A stretch of DNA of 64,000 nucleotides, from the NCBI GenBank assembly GCA_951828515.1, contig OX639992.1:2146217-2210216 (forward strand), in the 5' to 3' direction. The notes below the pieces were generated by a model. The model did no database searches and was not told the origin of the DNA. It saw only the letters and a program-made list of their open reading frames with translations. Positions 1-9,650 of this stretch are shown piece by piece. How positions within the stretch are numbered: position 1 is the stretch's first letter; every line of letters begins with the position of its first letter. The position numbers and the translations under genes were made by a program. This DNA is from an uncultured Poribacteria bacterium (lineage in GTDB: Bacteria; Poribacteria; WGA-4E; WGA-3G).

Positions 1-63
1 GAGACGAAAAAACCCTTTCTGGGATGTGGAAAATCTGTTGGTAGCAACTTGGGTTATAAAATG

Positions 64-100
64 AAAAAGCCTGTCATCAGCGTGAAACTAATGACAGGCT
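64..100 (-). terminator. Rho-independent terminator after the substrate-binding protein gene
   Basis: Minus strand reads AGCCTGTCATTAG-loop-CTGATGACAGGCT followed by TTTT, just downstream of the stop at 127. Confidence 0.7.
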
Positions 101-126
101 CTGATTATATTCATCCAGTGGTGAGG

Positions 127-2340
127 TTATTCAAAAGCCTGAAGTTCGCCGTCCTTAGCGATGAGTACAATCGGATCATACATCGCTTCGCCGTTGGGGT
201 CAAACGAGAAATTCCCTAAAACCGTTGGGAAATCCATCGTCTGTGCCAAGGCATCTCGAATCGCGGTGGCATCTGCCGATCCTGCGTTTGCAATCGCATT
301 GGCGAGAATATGGAGGGTCGCATACGACTGCGCCGCCCATGCGTCAGGTACCATACCGTATTTCGCCTGATAATTTTGGACGAAGGCTTGGTTACCGGGT
401 GTGTCAGCCATACTGCTCCACCCAATAAAAGCTATCGCTCCCTCAGCGGCATCGCCCGCCTCTTGAATTTCCTTACTGCTCAAATCAGGAACAATGAAAT
501 GAACGGTGTCGGGGATACCGATCGCGCGTCCTTGAGTGATAATCCCTGTAATCTCCGCCGAAAGTCCAGAGATAACGAGCGCGTCAATCTCCAATTTCAT
601 GATATTGGTTAATTGCGCAGTAAAATCGGTATCGCCGGTTTTGAAGGTTTCTGTGCCGACAATCTCAACACCGTTGGTCTCAAGTGCTGCCTTCACTTCC
701 TGATAGCTGCTTGTGGAGTAGAGATCGTCAGCATCATATATCAACGCCGCTTTTTTATAGCCGAGTTTCTCCTGAGTTGCCATCACCCCCGCGGGTATCA
801 GCATATCTGTGGCGAGACCGGCGCGGAAAAGAAAATCCCCAAGACTGCTCAAACCTGCAGCGGCGGAGAGCGAACTAAAAACGACCGCGTCACTCTCGTG
901 TGCAATTGGATAGGCTTTCTCCAGCTGAGCGGAGCTCGCGAATCCGATGATGGCAGGGAGACCTTGATCCACCAACTTTTGAACGGCACCCATCGCTCCG
1001 TCTATTGTGGTCTGACTGTCCTCGGTAATGAACGTAAGACTTGCATCACTGAGCTGCGTGTTAATTTCCTCTCGTGCCAACTCAAAGCCATATTGCATTG
1101 ACACCCCATACGGTCCAGCGTTGCTGCCTGTTAGCGGAACGACAACACCGATAGGAATCTCTTTAGCCATCATTTCAGGTGCTACCGTTTCAAAGAGCTG
1201 AAGTTTCCCGTCCTTGACCCTAAGGACAATCGGGTCATACACTGCTTCACCGTTGGGGTCAAACGAGAAATTCCCTAAAATTGTGGGGAAATCCATCGTC
1301 TGCGCCAGTGCGTCACGAATCGCGGCGGCATCTGCCGATTGCGCGTTGGCGATGGCGTTGGCGAGAATATAGAGCGTCGCATACGACTGTGCTGCCCACG
1401 GTTCAGGTTCAATTCCGTATTTCGTCCGATACTTCTGGATGAAATCTTGGTTTCCGGGGATGTTAGACAAGCTCGTCCAACCAGAAAAAGCGATCGCACC
1501 CTCGGCGGCATCACCCGCATCTTCGATTTCTGTTGCAGTTAAATCAGGCACAATCAGTTGAATACCGAGAGCTCCGGCTTGAGTGACAACCTGTGTCATC
1601 TCTACTGACAGCGCAGAGATAAAGAGTGCGTCAGGTTCCATACTCATTATATTGGTTAATTGCGCAGCAAAATCGGTGTCGCCCGTTTGGAAGGTCTCCT
1701 CTGTCAGAATTTCGACACCGCTCGCCTCAAGTGCTTTCTTCAACTCACCGTTGCTACTTACGGAGTAGGTATCCGCGGCATCATATATCAGTGCTACTTT
1801 TTCATAACCGAGTTTCTCGTGAGTGATCATCACACCACTGGGATTCACTATGTCTACAGCGAGACCGGTGCGGAAGACAAAATCCCCGATGCTACTCAAA
1901 CCTGCAGCGGTGGAAACCGAACTAAAAGCGACCACTCCACTGTCTTGCGCAATCGGGAAAGCATCTTCAAGGTAATCTGAGATAGCAATTCCAACGATGG
2001 CAGGTACGCCTTGATCCACCAACTGCTGGACAGCGGCGATCGCCCCCTCTTCGGAACTCTGATCGTCCGCGGGGACAAACATGAGGTTCCCATGACCGAG
2101 CGCGTTAATCTCCTCCCGTGCCAACTCAAAGCCACGTTGCATTGGGAGTCCATACGGTTCGGCATCTTTCCCTGTCAAGGATACGACGAGACCGATGGGA
2201 ATCTCTTCATCCATCATTTCAGGCATTGTCGTTGTGTCGTCAGGCACCATCGGTGCGATCTTTTCGCAGCTGGAAAGCCCGACTGTCAAAGCAACAATCG
2301 CGAATACAAACGCGAATGTTATGATTCTTTTTACGTTCAT
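127..2340 (-). CDS. Branched-chain amino acid ABC substrate-binding lipoprotein with two tandem LivJ/LivK-like domains
   Basis: Lipobox GLSSC; two similar ~340 aa halves (IPIGLVVSLTG.../IPIGVVVPLTG..., both ending FPT.LGNFSFDPNGEA.YDPIVL); periplasmic binding protein type 1 pattern. Confidence 0.9.
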   Translation of the reverse strand: MNVKRIITFAFVFAIVALTVGLSSCEKIAPMVPDDTTTMPEMMDEEIPIGLVVSLTGKDAEPYGLPMQRGFELAREEINALGHGNLMFVPADDQSSEEGAIAAVQQLVDQGVPAIVGIAISDYLEDAFPIAQDSGVVAFSSVSTAAGLSSIGDFVFRTGLAVDIVNPSGVMITHEKLGYEKVALIYDAADTYSVSSNGELKKALEASGVEILTEETFQTGDTDFAAQLTNIMSMEPDALFISALSVEMTQVVTQAGALGIQLIVPDLTATEIEDAGDAAEGAIAFSGWTSLSNIPGNQDFIQKYRTKYGIEPEPWAAQSYATLYILANAIANAQSADAAAIRDALAQTMDFPTILGNFSFDPNGEAVYDPIVLRVKDGKLQLFETVAPEMMAKEIPIGVVVPLTGSNAGPYGVSMQYGFELAREEINTQLSDASLTFITEDSQTTIDGAMGAVQKLVDQGLPAIIGFASSAQLEKAYPIAHESDAVVFSSLSAAAGLSSLGDFLFRAGLATDMLIPAGVMATQEKLGYKKAALIYDADDLYSTSSYQEVKAALETNGVEIVGTETFKTGDTDFTAQLTNIMKLEIDALVISGLSAEITGIITQGRAIGIPDTVHFIVPDLSSKEIQEAGDAAEGAIAFIGWSSMADTPGNQAFVQNYQAKYGMVPDAWAAQSYATLHILANAIANAGSADATAIRDALAQTMDFPTVLGNFSFDPNGEAMYDPIVLIAKDGELQAFE

Positions 2341-2539
2341 GTTGAATCTCCCTTATTATTAACTATTTCCATATAAAACGTTCAGGCGGGTCAATTAAAT
2401 AAAGAGACACCACCCTCAACCAGATACGTTATCGTCAGAAAACCAAGTTCTTGTATTAAGCCTTTTGTAATACGCAAAAAATGTTTCGGTTCAAGCACTT
2501 CAACCGCACATTTTGGCGTAAAACATTCAATCCATGCCT

Positions 2540-2568
2540 ATTGTCGCATAACTGAAAGGTATTGTCAA
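2540..2568 (-). promoter_or_regulatory. Sigma70-like promoter for the SBP gene
   Basis: TTGACA-17 nt-GACAAT with TG extension, about 200 bp upstream of the start. Confidence 0.55.
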
Positions 2569-2781
2569 CCCAAAATACGAAGCAATATAGTTTTCGGTTT
2601 CAGTTATCACGAATAGAGCATGCGGGGTTTTAATTGTCAGAATCAGGATTTTCAGGATTAAAGGATGAGCAGGATTGGAAAGAGGTGAGGTTGAGCCCCT
2701 CGCCAGCGGGGAGGCAACGATCAGATGTCGGGATTTGGAGATCCCTCCTACAGTAAGATATTGAACGGAAGCCCGACGAGG

Positions 2782-3792
2782 TTACAAACCGCTCCCACCG
2801 GGGCTGGGAATGCATACGTCCAAAACATTCATAGCTATCGCATCAATAATTGCAGTAGCAAGATTTCCACGACTGTGATTAGAGAAAGTAACTATCCATG
2901 CGAATCCTTGAAAGGTGGGATATGCGTGAACAGCGTGCTGACCTGCTAAAGCGGTTTTGACCCGGGCATCTGACTTTGCGATTTGAAGGATTGTGTGCAC
3001 TTTTTGTTGAGAAGGAACGATCTGTATTCCAAGTGAATCCGATATCCGTCTGCCTTTGTCTATCTCCGGTGGTAATGCGTTGGGATTCTGCTGTGCGAGT
3101 TTTCGGAGGTGTGTAGCGTATTGACGATATACGTCTCGGTGTTTTTCGTAGTTCCTGAGTCCGTAAGCGATTGGAATTTGTTGGTACTGCGCGGCACACA
3201 TCTCTGCGGCGTCTGCTTCGAGACGTAAGACCTTGGCATAACTCTTCTCCTGCTCTGCCAACTCCCGCTGTTTCCTAAAAAACGTGGGATAGATGCCAAA
3301 CTTGTAAAACCGATTTGGGTAGCGTGGTAACCACGTTGCGATAAATTTTTCGATGTTCTGGCGTTCAGCATCCAGCATTGTCCCGTAAGCCTCTATAGGC
3401 TTACGTACGGCATCGGGGAAATCCGCAGAAAATGCCCAAGCAAAAACCCCAACCAAAAACACCTCTTCCACAAATTTCTGCCACGCCTTTTCGGCACTCG
3501 TGCGGTGGTGCAGATACTGTTTCTGAATTTCTTGTGCTTCTTTTTCAGCGCGTGCTGCCCATTTCTCGTAGCCGTGCCGCGCATAGTAAGCGTGTGCAAT
3601 CTCGTTCATCGGAACAGAGATGCGCGTGAGACATTCTGCCGCAGTCTCGTGCCAGAGGGCAAGTCTACCAAAATCGCCGGACTGCGTGTAACGTTTGATA
3701 AAGACGGCAGCGGTCGCTGTGCCTTCTCGGATCGCCATAGAGGGTTGTTCGGTTAGAAGCAAAATCGGAAGAAGCAATAAGGCACGAATCAA
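2782..3792 (-). CDS. Hypothetical protein, helical, possible signal peptide
   Basis: 336 aa ORF with hydrophobic N-terminus and weak internal duplication (ETAAECL.RISVP / EADAAEMCAAQY.QIP); no recognised family. Confidence 0.6.
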   Translation of the reverse strand: MIRALLLLPILLLTEQPSMAIREGTATAAVFIKRYTQSGDFGRLALWHETAAECLTRISVPMNEIAHAYYARHGYEKWAARAEKEAQEIQKQYLHHRTSAEKAWQKFVEEVFLVGVFAWAFSADFPDAVRKPIEAYGTMLDAERQNIEKFIATWLPRYPNRFYKFGIYPTFFRKQRELAEQEKSYAKVLRLEADAAEMCAAQYQQIPIAYGLRNYEKHRDVYRQYATHLRKLAQQNPNALPPEIDKGRRISDSLGIQIVPSQQKVHTILQIAKSDARVKTALAGQHAVHAYPTFQGFAWIVTFSNHSRGNLATAIIDAIAMNVLDVCIPSPGGSGL

Positions 3793-3850
3793 AGGCGGTT
3801 TCCTTCATCTAAGGTTGTGCGCTTTTGGATGAACGGCACACGGCGTGTGT

Positions 3851-4048
3851 CTACTACTTTATTTCGTGGACGGCAGAACGGAGTCTGCCTACTACTTTAT
3901 TTCGTGGACGGCAGAACGGAGTCTGCCTACTACTTTATTTCGTGGACGGCAGAACGGAGTCTGCCTACTACTTTATTTCGTGGACGGCAGAACGGAGTCT
4001 GCCTACTACTTTATTTCGTGGACGGCAGAACGGAGTCTGCCTACTACT
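3851..4048. repeat. Perfect tandem array, 5 x 38 bp plus a partial unit, of a GTAG-type REP hairpin
   Basis: Unit CTACTACTTTATTTCGTGGACGGCAGAACGGAGTCTGC at 3851, 3889, 3927, 3965 and 4003; the reverse complement is GTAGTAGGCAGA-CTCCGT-TCTGCC, a hairpin; no spacers. Confidence 0.95.
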
Positions 4049-5039
4049 GTAACATAAAGCGGACGGTTCCAGAGAAGGTTTCATCAGGCGCGAGCACAAT
4101 CACGCCTGCAGGAATACCCCTTGCTTCTAAATTGATGGCATCCGTCGGGCAGGTGTAAGGCTCAAAACAGATAGAATCCCTATCAGGCGGTGTATAGACA
4201 ACAAGCTCCCTGAACTGTGCGTCCGATTCCATCACCATGCCGTAGCCGGTATCTTTATTTTCAATGAGACAGCGACTGACCCCATCAACCAATTGAACGT
4301 CCGTGAAAACATGGTCGAGCTTCAGTTTCGCGAAGGGTTGTCCATTCCGCAGATCCAGCGTGTCAGCAACATCGTGTTGTGTACCAGTTGGCACGAGGAC
4401 CTCGTCCAATTCCCAATACTTCGCAGCAGGTACGGTAATTATCGCTTCGGCGGCATTCGCCTCGGTGCCGAGATCTACGCTAAAATAGGGGTGGATACCG
4501 AACCCAACAGGCATATTCCGATCGCCCGTATTCTTAATAGCAATCCCCATCGTTAACACAGCATCTTTGAGCGTATAGGTAATTTCAATCCTAAAAGGAA
4601 ACGGATATTGACGACCGACCTCGGGAAAATCTTGAGAATTCAGTGAGCATACGAGTGTTGCCCCGTTTTCATCGGCGACATGGTTCTCGACCTGATACGG
4701 GAGATTCAACAACAAACCGTGGATTGTTGTTGGAGAGTCGGGTGCCTTGTCAAACTGATAGGTTTCCTCCTCAAATTGCCACGTGCCGTTCCGAATCCGA
4801 TTGGGGAAAGGAAACAGAATCGGATTGCCGTAAGCGGTCGGACGTTCCTCCAAAGTGGCGAGGTCCGACGGAGCATCTATCAGGTTCAACCAAGTATCCC
4901 CATCTGCGACTTTGAAGGCGTAGCAGTTATTACCAAGTGCAGGCACAATCTCAGCGACGGCTTTTTCATCTTGCTGGATGTAGTAAACTTGAAAACCTTC
5001 AATCGTCTTTACTGCTACTGAATACGTTGTATGCGCCAT
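4044..5039 (-). CDS. Aldose 1-epimerase (galactose mutarotase-like) family protein
   Basis: Motifs LFPFPNRI, IHG, GIHPYF, ICFEPYT; start placed at MAHTT (5039) because the upstream extension runs through a repeat element. Confidence 0.85.
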   Translation of the reverse strand: MAHTTYSVAVKTIEGFQVYYIQQDEKAVAEIVPALGNNCYAFKVADGDTWLNLIDAPSDLATLEERPTAYGNPILFPFPNRIRNGTWQFEEETYQFDKAPDSPTTIHGLLLNLPYQVENHVADENGATLVCSLNSQDFPEVGRQYPFPFRIEITYTLKDAVLTMGIAIKNTGDRNMPVGFGIHPYFSVDLGTEANAAEAIITVPAAKYWELDEVLVPTGTQHDVADTLDLRNGQPFAKLKLDHVFTDVQLVDGVSRCLIENKDTGYGMVMESDAQFRELVVYTPPDRDSICFEPYTCPTDAINLEARGIPAGVIVLAPDETFSGTVRFMLQ

Positions 5040-5231
5040 CGTTTTCTCCCCATCTGCGTTTGTGAGTATCGTTAAAAGCAAGAAAAGAATTTTAATTATA
5101 CCTTGCGGAGAAACACCGTGAATTTGAAATTTTGACGTACCTTCCATACATCCGCCCTCCATTTCATTACGGGCTAAGGGTTGGGTTGGAAGGATGGGAC
5201 ATCTTCCATTCTTCCATGCCTCTTTTTTCTA

Positions 5232-5843
5232 TTATGCTTTAGCACACCAGCGAATGCCGCGCGTCAGTACTTCTCGGAAGTTCGGATTAGAAAAGGTGAC
5301 ATCGTCGTGTCCACTCTGGAAACAGAAGATACGAGAATTGCCGTATTCGCGCGCCCATCCCAATACATCCATACTGTTCGGATGATCAACCGTCAACAGG
5401 ATCGAACTATCATCACCAGCGGACTCCATGGTATAGGTTTCGTCGCCCATCTCCCATTCGGTGAGACCTTCTGTAATTGGATGTGTCGTATCAGCGATTT
5501 GTACCTGTAGCGTTTGCCGAGGATAGTAGCCAAAACCGCGTTCATGGATACCGCACATTTCAGAATAGGCATCCCATTCTGGGAACGCTAAGATGGCGTG
5601 ATGTAGAATTACCATGCCCTGCCCACGTTCCGTTAAACCGAGAATCGCCTGTGCTTGCGCATCCGTCGGATACGGACGGTGAAAGTTATAAAAGACGACG
5701 GCATCGTAGTCTTTTTGGCTTGGATTGTCTACAAAATCGTCCAGATCCTCTCGGACGAATTGAATCCCTTCCATACTTTCAAACACCGCGTCAAACTGTT
5801 TTTCTTGGAAGCCGTGTTCTCCGGTTACGACTGCAATTTTCAT
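5232..5843 (-). CDS. ThuA-like (class I glutamine amidotransferase-like) domain protein
   Basis: Motifs VVTGEH, YDAVVFY, GMVILHHA, HPITEG, DETY, WAREYG.SRIF.FQSGH. Confidence 0.8.
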   Translation of the reverse strand: MKIAVVTGEHGFQEKQFDAVFESMEGIQFVREDLDDFVDNPSQKDYDAVVFYNFHRPYPTDAQAQAILGLTERGQGMVILHHAILAFPEWDAYSEMCGIHERGFGYYPRQTLQVQIADTTHPITEGLTEWEMGDETYTMESAGDDSSILLTVDHPNSMDVLGWAREYGNSRIFCFQSGHDDVTFSNPNFREVLTRGIRWCAKA

Positions 5844-5896
5844 AATTTTTCTCCTTTCAAGGTTTTTAGAGTAAAGCCGACAATCAACGATACATG

Positions 5897-5920
5897 GGCG
5901 AGGTTAGAAACCTCGCCAGC
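5897..5920. repeat. Dispersed palindrome family GGCGAGGTT-N-AACCTCGCCAGC (representative copy)
   Basis: Copies near 2683, 5897, 15832, 18350, 21393 and 60372; related GGTGCGGTT-AAACCGCACCTACC at 8318 and 12401. Confidence 0.85.
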
Positions 5921-5958
5921 GAAGGGACAATTGCATAGAAATCCATAGACAGAAATCT

Positions 5959-7290
5959 TTAATACCGCGCCCATTGCCATAATTGCCTCAAGGTGGGACG
6001 TTTGCCATACATCAGAATCCCAACCCGATAGATTTTCCCGCTGATAAGTGTAACGATCAACACAGTCGCGCACATCAACAAGATGTTCAGCAAAATTTCC
6101 CACAAAGGCGGCATTAGCACGTTGATGCGCATAAACATAAGTATCGGCGAGAAAAATGGGACGTGAGAAAGCAGCACACTGACTATCGAATCGGGGATTC
6201 TAAATAATTGGAACATCAGGACGAACGGAACAACGATGAGCATGGTGAGTGGTACGCCCGTTTGCTGTGCCTCTTCTTCACTGCTGCAAATCGCACCGAC
6301 AACGGCATAAAGCGTTGAATACATGAAGAAACCGATAATAAAATAGATGAAGAAATAGGCAAGCATTTCGGCACTACTCGCTTTGACGGTCTCAATTACT
6401 TGGATGAGCTGTATCGGTAGGCTATCAATGCCAAAGATGCTGAGCAGCGGTTCTATATTCATGAACAGCAGTACACCAAATACCACCCAGATAGCGAACA
6501 TTGTTAAACAGACAGAGCACACGCCAACGAGTTTACCGAGTAGGAGTTGGTGCGGTTTAATCGATGAAATAATAACCTCAACGATTCGGGTCGTTTTTTC
6601 TTCAAGCACACTCCGCATGATGGAGTTGGCGTAGATGAGGACAAACATGTAAAGCACGAAAACAAGAATATATCCGAGTCCAATCCGCGCACCAGTCTCT
6701 ATAGGGCTTTCAACCTCCGCACTGCCATCCTTCTCCCTACTGCTTTTAATAGCGTAAGCGTTGAATCTGACGGAGCGCATCAGTTGACTGACTTCGCTCC
6801 GAGAATAACCACTTTCAGCAAACCGTCTGTCGCGGACAATGTCTGAAATGATCCGGCGGAGTGCCCTTTGTATCTCAAAATTCGTTGCTGCTCTGGCATA
6901 GAACCGAACCTCCCCGTTGGCAAAAACATCATTCGGGATTTCAAGATAGGCGTAGAGATCTTTTGTGTTGACGCGTTCTCGGAGTGCGGTTCTTTCTTCC
7001 TCTGTTGTAGCAGCCTCCTCATGGAGTTGATAGACGAGTTCCCCTTTACGTTGAAAGGTCGAATGCCCTGAGATAGCTGCTTGCATCTCTGTAAATATCT
7101 CGCCCGTCTCATCAATAACTGCGAGTTTTCTCATCTCTTTGGTTCTGTCCTCCATGATTGCGAGAAAACTGGACAATAACACTAACCCGCACATCAACAC
7201 CGGCATGAGAAACAAGGAAGCAAGAAACCCCTTAGATTTAACCCGCGTCATGTATTCACGCTTAATGACGGTAACAATTTTATTCGGCAT
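5959..7290 (-). CDS. ABC-2 type transporter permease (NatB/YhaP-like)
   Basis: KREY..RVKSK start, large extracytoplasmic loop, EEK..RIVEVIISS, GK..G, multiple TM helices; start MPNK overlaps the ATPase stop. Confidence 0.85.
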   Translation of the reverse strand: MPNKIVTVIKREYMTRVKSKGFLASLFLMPVLMCGLVLLSSFLAIMEDRTKEMRKLAVIDETGEIFTEMQAAISGHSTFQRKGELVYQLHEEAATTEEERTALRERVNTKDLYAYLEIPNDVFANGEVRFYARAATNFEIQRALRRIISDIVRDRRFAESGYSRSEVSQLMRSVRFNAYAIKSSREKDGSAEVESPIETGARIGLGYILVFVLYMFVLIYANSIMRSVLEEKTTRIVEVIISSIKPHQLLLGKLVGVCSVCLTMFAIWVVFGVLLFMNIEPLLSIFGIDSLPIQLIQVIETVKASSAEMLAYFFIYFIIGFFMYSTLYAVVGAICSSEEEAQQTGVPLTMLIVVPFVLMFQLFRIPDSIVSVLLSHVPFFSPILMFMRINVLMPPLWEILLNILLMCATVLIVTLISGKIYRVGILMYGKRPTLRQLWQWARY

Positions 7291-8203
7291 CTTGCACGAC
7301 CCCTCCGTGTGCCTCAACGCTCTGGACGAAAATCTCGTGCAACGTCGGTTCAACCAATTCAAACCGTGTCACATCAACACCTTTCTCAACCAGTTCACGG
7401 AGCAATGAACGATAGTCTTCCGGTGTCTTCAACTTGATTTCAGCATATTGCCCAAAATCGTTGACTCCTTGAATCCAAACGGAATTACGAATCGGTTCAA
7501 GACTCCCTACATATTCAATCTCAACGGAATTTTTGCCGAAAGCCCGCTTCACAGCGCGGAGTTCACCCTCAAGCAACACCTTACCGTGATGTATAAGACA
7601 GATACGATCGCATAGTTTTTCCACCTGTTCCATGACATGGGTTGAGAAGATAATTGTACTGCCGCTATCACGCAGTTCAAGCATCATATCTTTGAGGAGT
7701 GTCATGTTAATGGGGTCCAAACCGGAAAAGGGTTCATCCAAGATAATCAGTTCCGGATTGTGAATCACTGTGGTGATGAACTGAATTTTCTGAGCCATCC
7801 CCTTAGAAAGCTCATCAATCCGCTTGTTCGCCCATTCCGACAGTTGCATTTTCTCCAACCATTTCTCAATCTCACTGAGTGCTTGCTGCTTGTATAAGCC
7901 TTTTAATTCGGCAATAAAAAGGATGACATCCCGCACCTTCATTTTGCGGTATAAGCCACGCTCCTCCGGCAGATACCCAATCTGATCCAAAAAATCTTGG
8001 ATATGCCGGTTGCTGCTGAAGGTAATACTGCCCGCATCCGGTGCGATCATATCCATTATCATGCGGAGCGTGGTTGTTTTTCCGGCACCGTTGGGACCCA
8101 GGAGTCCGTATATACTTCCCTTCTCAATGCTGAAGGAGATATCCGACACGGCTGTGAAATCTCCAAATTTTTTATGGACATTTTCGAGTTGGAGGAGGTT
8201 CAT
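7280..8203 (-). CDS. ABC transporter ATP-binding protein (NatA/YhaQ-like)
   Basis: Walker A GPNGAGKT, signature LSKGM, Walker B IILDEP, C-terminal EPTLHEIF. Confidence 0.93.
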   Translation of the reverse strand: MNLLQLENVHKKFGDFTAVSDISFSIEKGSIYGLLGPNGAGKTTTLRMIMDMIAPDAGSITFSSNRHIQDFLDQIGYLPEERGLYRKMKVRDVILFIAELKGLYKQQALSEIEKWLEKMQLSEWANKRIDELSKGMAQKIQFITTVIHNPELIILDEPFSGLDPINMTLLKDMMLELRDSGSTIIFSTHVMEQVEKLCDRICLIHHGKVLLEGELRAVKRAFGKNSVEIEYVGSLEPIRNSVWIQGVNDFGQYAEIKLKTPEDYRSLLRELVEKGVDVTRFELVEPTLHEIFVQSVEAHGGVVQDAE

Positions 8204-8366
8204 TGTTTTTATTCCAAGATTTCATGAAAGCGTTGGCGTTCATCCATGCCTAACCCAGGATAGGTTTTGCCTACCCGTCCACGGATTGGGAATACACACG
8301 GCTTAGGTTTCAGATCCGGTGCGGTTAGAAACCGCACCTACCAGAAATGGCACAGCAACCACAAAT

Positions 8367-9551
8367 CTAATCGGTAATTGCCTGATAGGTTAGCACGCGG
8401 AATTGGGCATGGAACGGTGAATCGCCGATCAATTGCGTCATCAGGATGCCGATCAAATCTTCCACAGGATCAATCCAAAATGTCGTACTTGCGAGCCCAC
8501 CCCAACTGTAAGTCCCTTCAGAACCGGGCGCGTGCGTCTCAGCGACATCCGTGACGACAGCAAATCCAAGTCCGAAACCGCATCCCGTTCTCTCAAGCGG
8601 ATGCCAATCGTCAGAGATATGATTCATTCTGATGAGTTCGACGGTTTTCCTTCCAAGCAGTCGAACCCCATCGAGTTCACCATCGTTGAGGAGCATTTGA
8701 CAGAAACGGAGGTAATCCGCGGCGGTTGACTGCAGTCCAGCACCCCCAGAATGGAAAAAACTGCGCGGTCCACTGGAAACAGGCGCGTTCTCGATTACCT
8801 GAATACCACCGTCTTCGGCGGGTTCATATAACGTCGGGTACCGATCCGCCTTTTCGTCCGGCACCGAGAAAGCGGTGTCTGTCATCCCCAACGGATCCAA
8901 AATCTGGGTTTTCAGAAATTCCTCAAACGGTACGCCAGAGACGACTTCAATGAGGTAGCCGAGTACATCGGTAGACATGCCGTAATTCCATGCATCACCA
9001 GGATGGTGGAGAAGTGGAATATTTCCGAGTTCTTGCGCCATGTTTGCGAGGTCGCCGCCGTAGAAATTCGCTTCCTTATACCGTTGATTAATCGGGTGAT
9101 CCCAGTCGCCACCGTAGATAATTCCAGCGGTGTGCGTGAGGAGATGCTTTATTGTCATCTCGCGCTCTGCGTCAACAATATTCTCGCCACCCTCAGTGTA
9201 AACTTGCATGTCCTTGAAAGCCGGCATCAATTCAGAGACGGGGGTGCCGAGTTGGAAATGTCCCTGTTCATAAAGCATCATGACAGCGATGCTGGTAATC
9301 GGCTTCGTCATCGAATAGATGCGGAAGATGGTATCAAATTCCAGCGGTTTCTCAGTAGCGATGTCCTGCATACCGAGCTTTTCAAGATGGACGAGTCTGC
9401 CCTCACGCGCGATCATCGTTAGCGCACCGGGAATTTTCCCAGCGTCAACCCAGCGTTGCATGACTGGAGCGATGCGTTCCAACCGCGATGTTGACATACC
9501 TACCTCTTCAGGCACTGCGCGCGGTAACCCGTCATATCCATATCTTGCCAT
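8367..9551 (-). CDS. Serine hydrolase, beta-lactamase/class C-like family (paralog 1, no signal peptide)
   Basis: SxxK in IYSMTK, LLTHTAG, PG..W.YG, GGAGL.STA.DY.RF. Confidence 0.9.
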   Translation of the reverse strand: MARYGYDGLPRAVPEEVGMSTSRLERIAPVMQRWVDAGKIPGALTMIAREGRLVHLEKLGMQDIATEKPLEFDTIFRIYSMTKPITSIAVMMLYEQGHFQLGTPVSELMPAFKDMQVYTEGGENIVDAEREMTIKHLLTHTAGIIYGGDWDHPINQRYKEANFYGGDLANMAQELGNIPLLHHPGDAWNYGMSTDVLGYLIEVVSGVPFEEFLKTQILDPLGMTDTAFSVPDEKADRYPTLYEPAEDGGIQVIENAPVSSGPRSFFHSGGAGLQSTAADYLRFCQMLLNDGELDGVRLLGRKTVELIRMNHISDDWHPLERTGCGFGLGFAVVTDVAETHAPGSEGTYSWGGLASTTFWIDPVEDLIGILMTQLIGDSPFHAQFRVLTYQAITD

Positions 9552-9650
9552 AAAAACCTCCCATATTAGCCGTCAGTCATCAGCAGTCAGCAAAGAGACC
9601 TCGTGGCAGACATGTCACGCATGCCATATACTGAAAGCCGATTGTCATTA

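Noticed and set aside
3851..4048. CRISPR array (38 bp repeats)
   Set aside because: Units are head-to-tail with no unique spacers, and no cas genes are in the window
3817..4158. Three overlapping + strand ORFs with repeated peptides
   Set aside because: Artefacts of the stop-free 38 bp tandem repeat
5040..5162. N-terminal extension of the epimerase ORF
   Set aside because: Runs through the dispersed repeat; a GGAG RBS precedes ATG 5039
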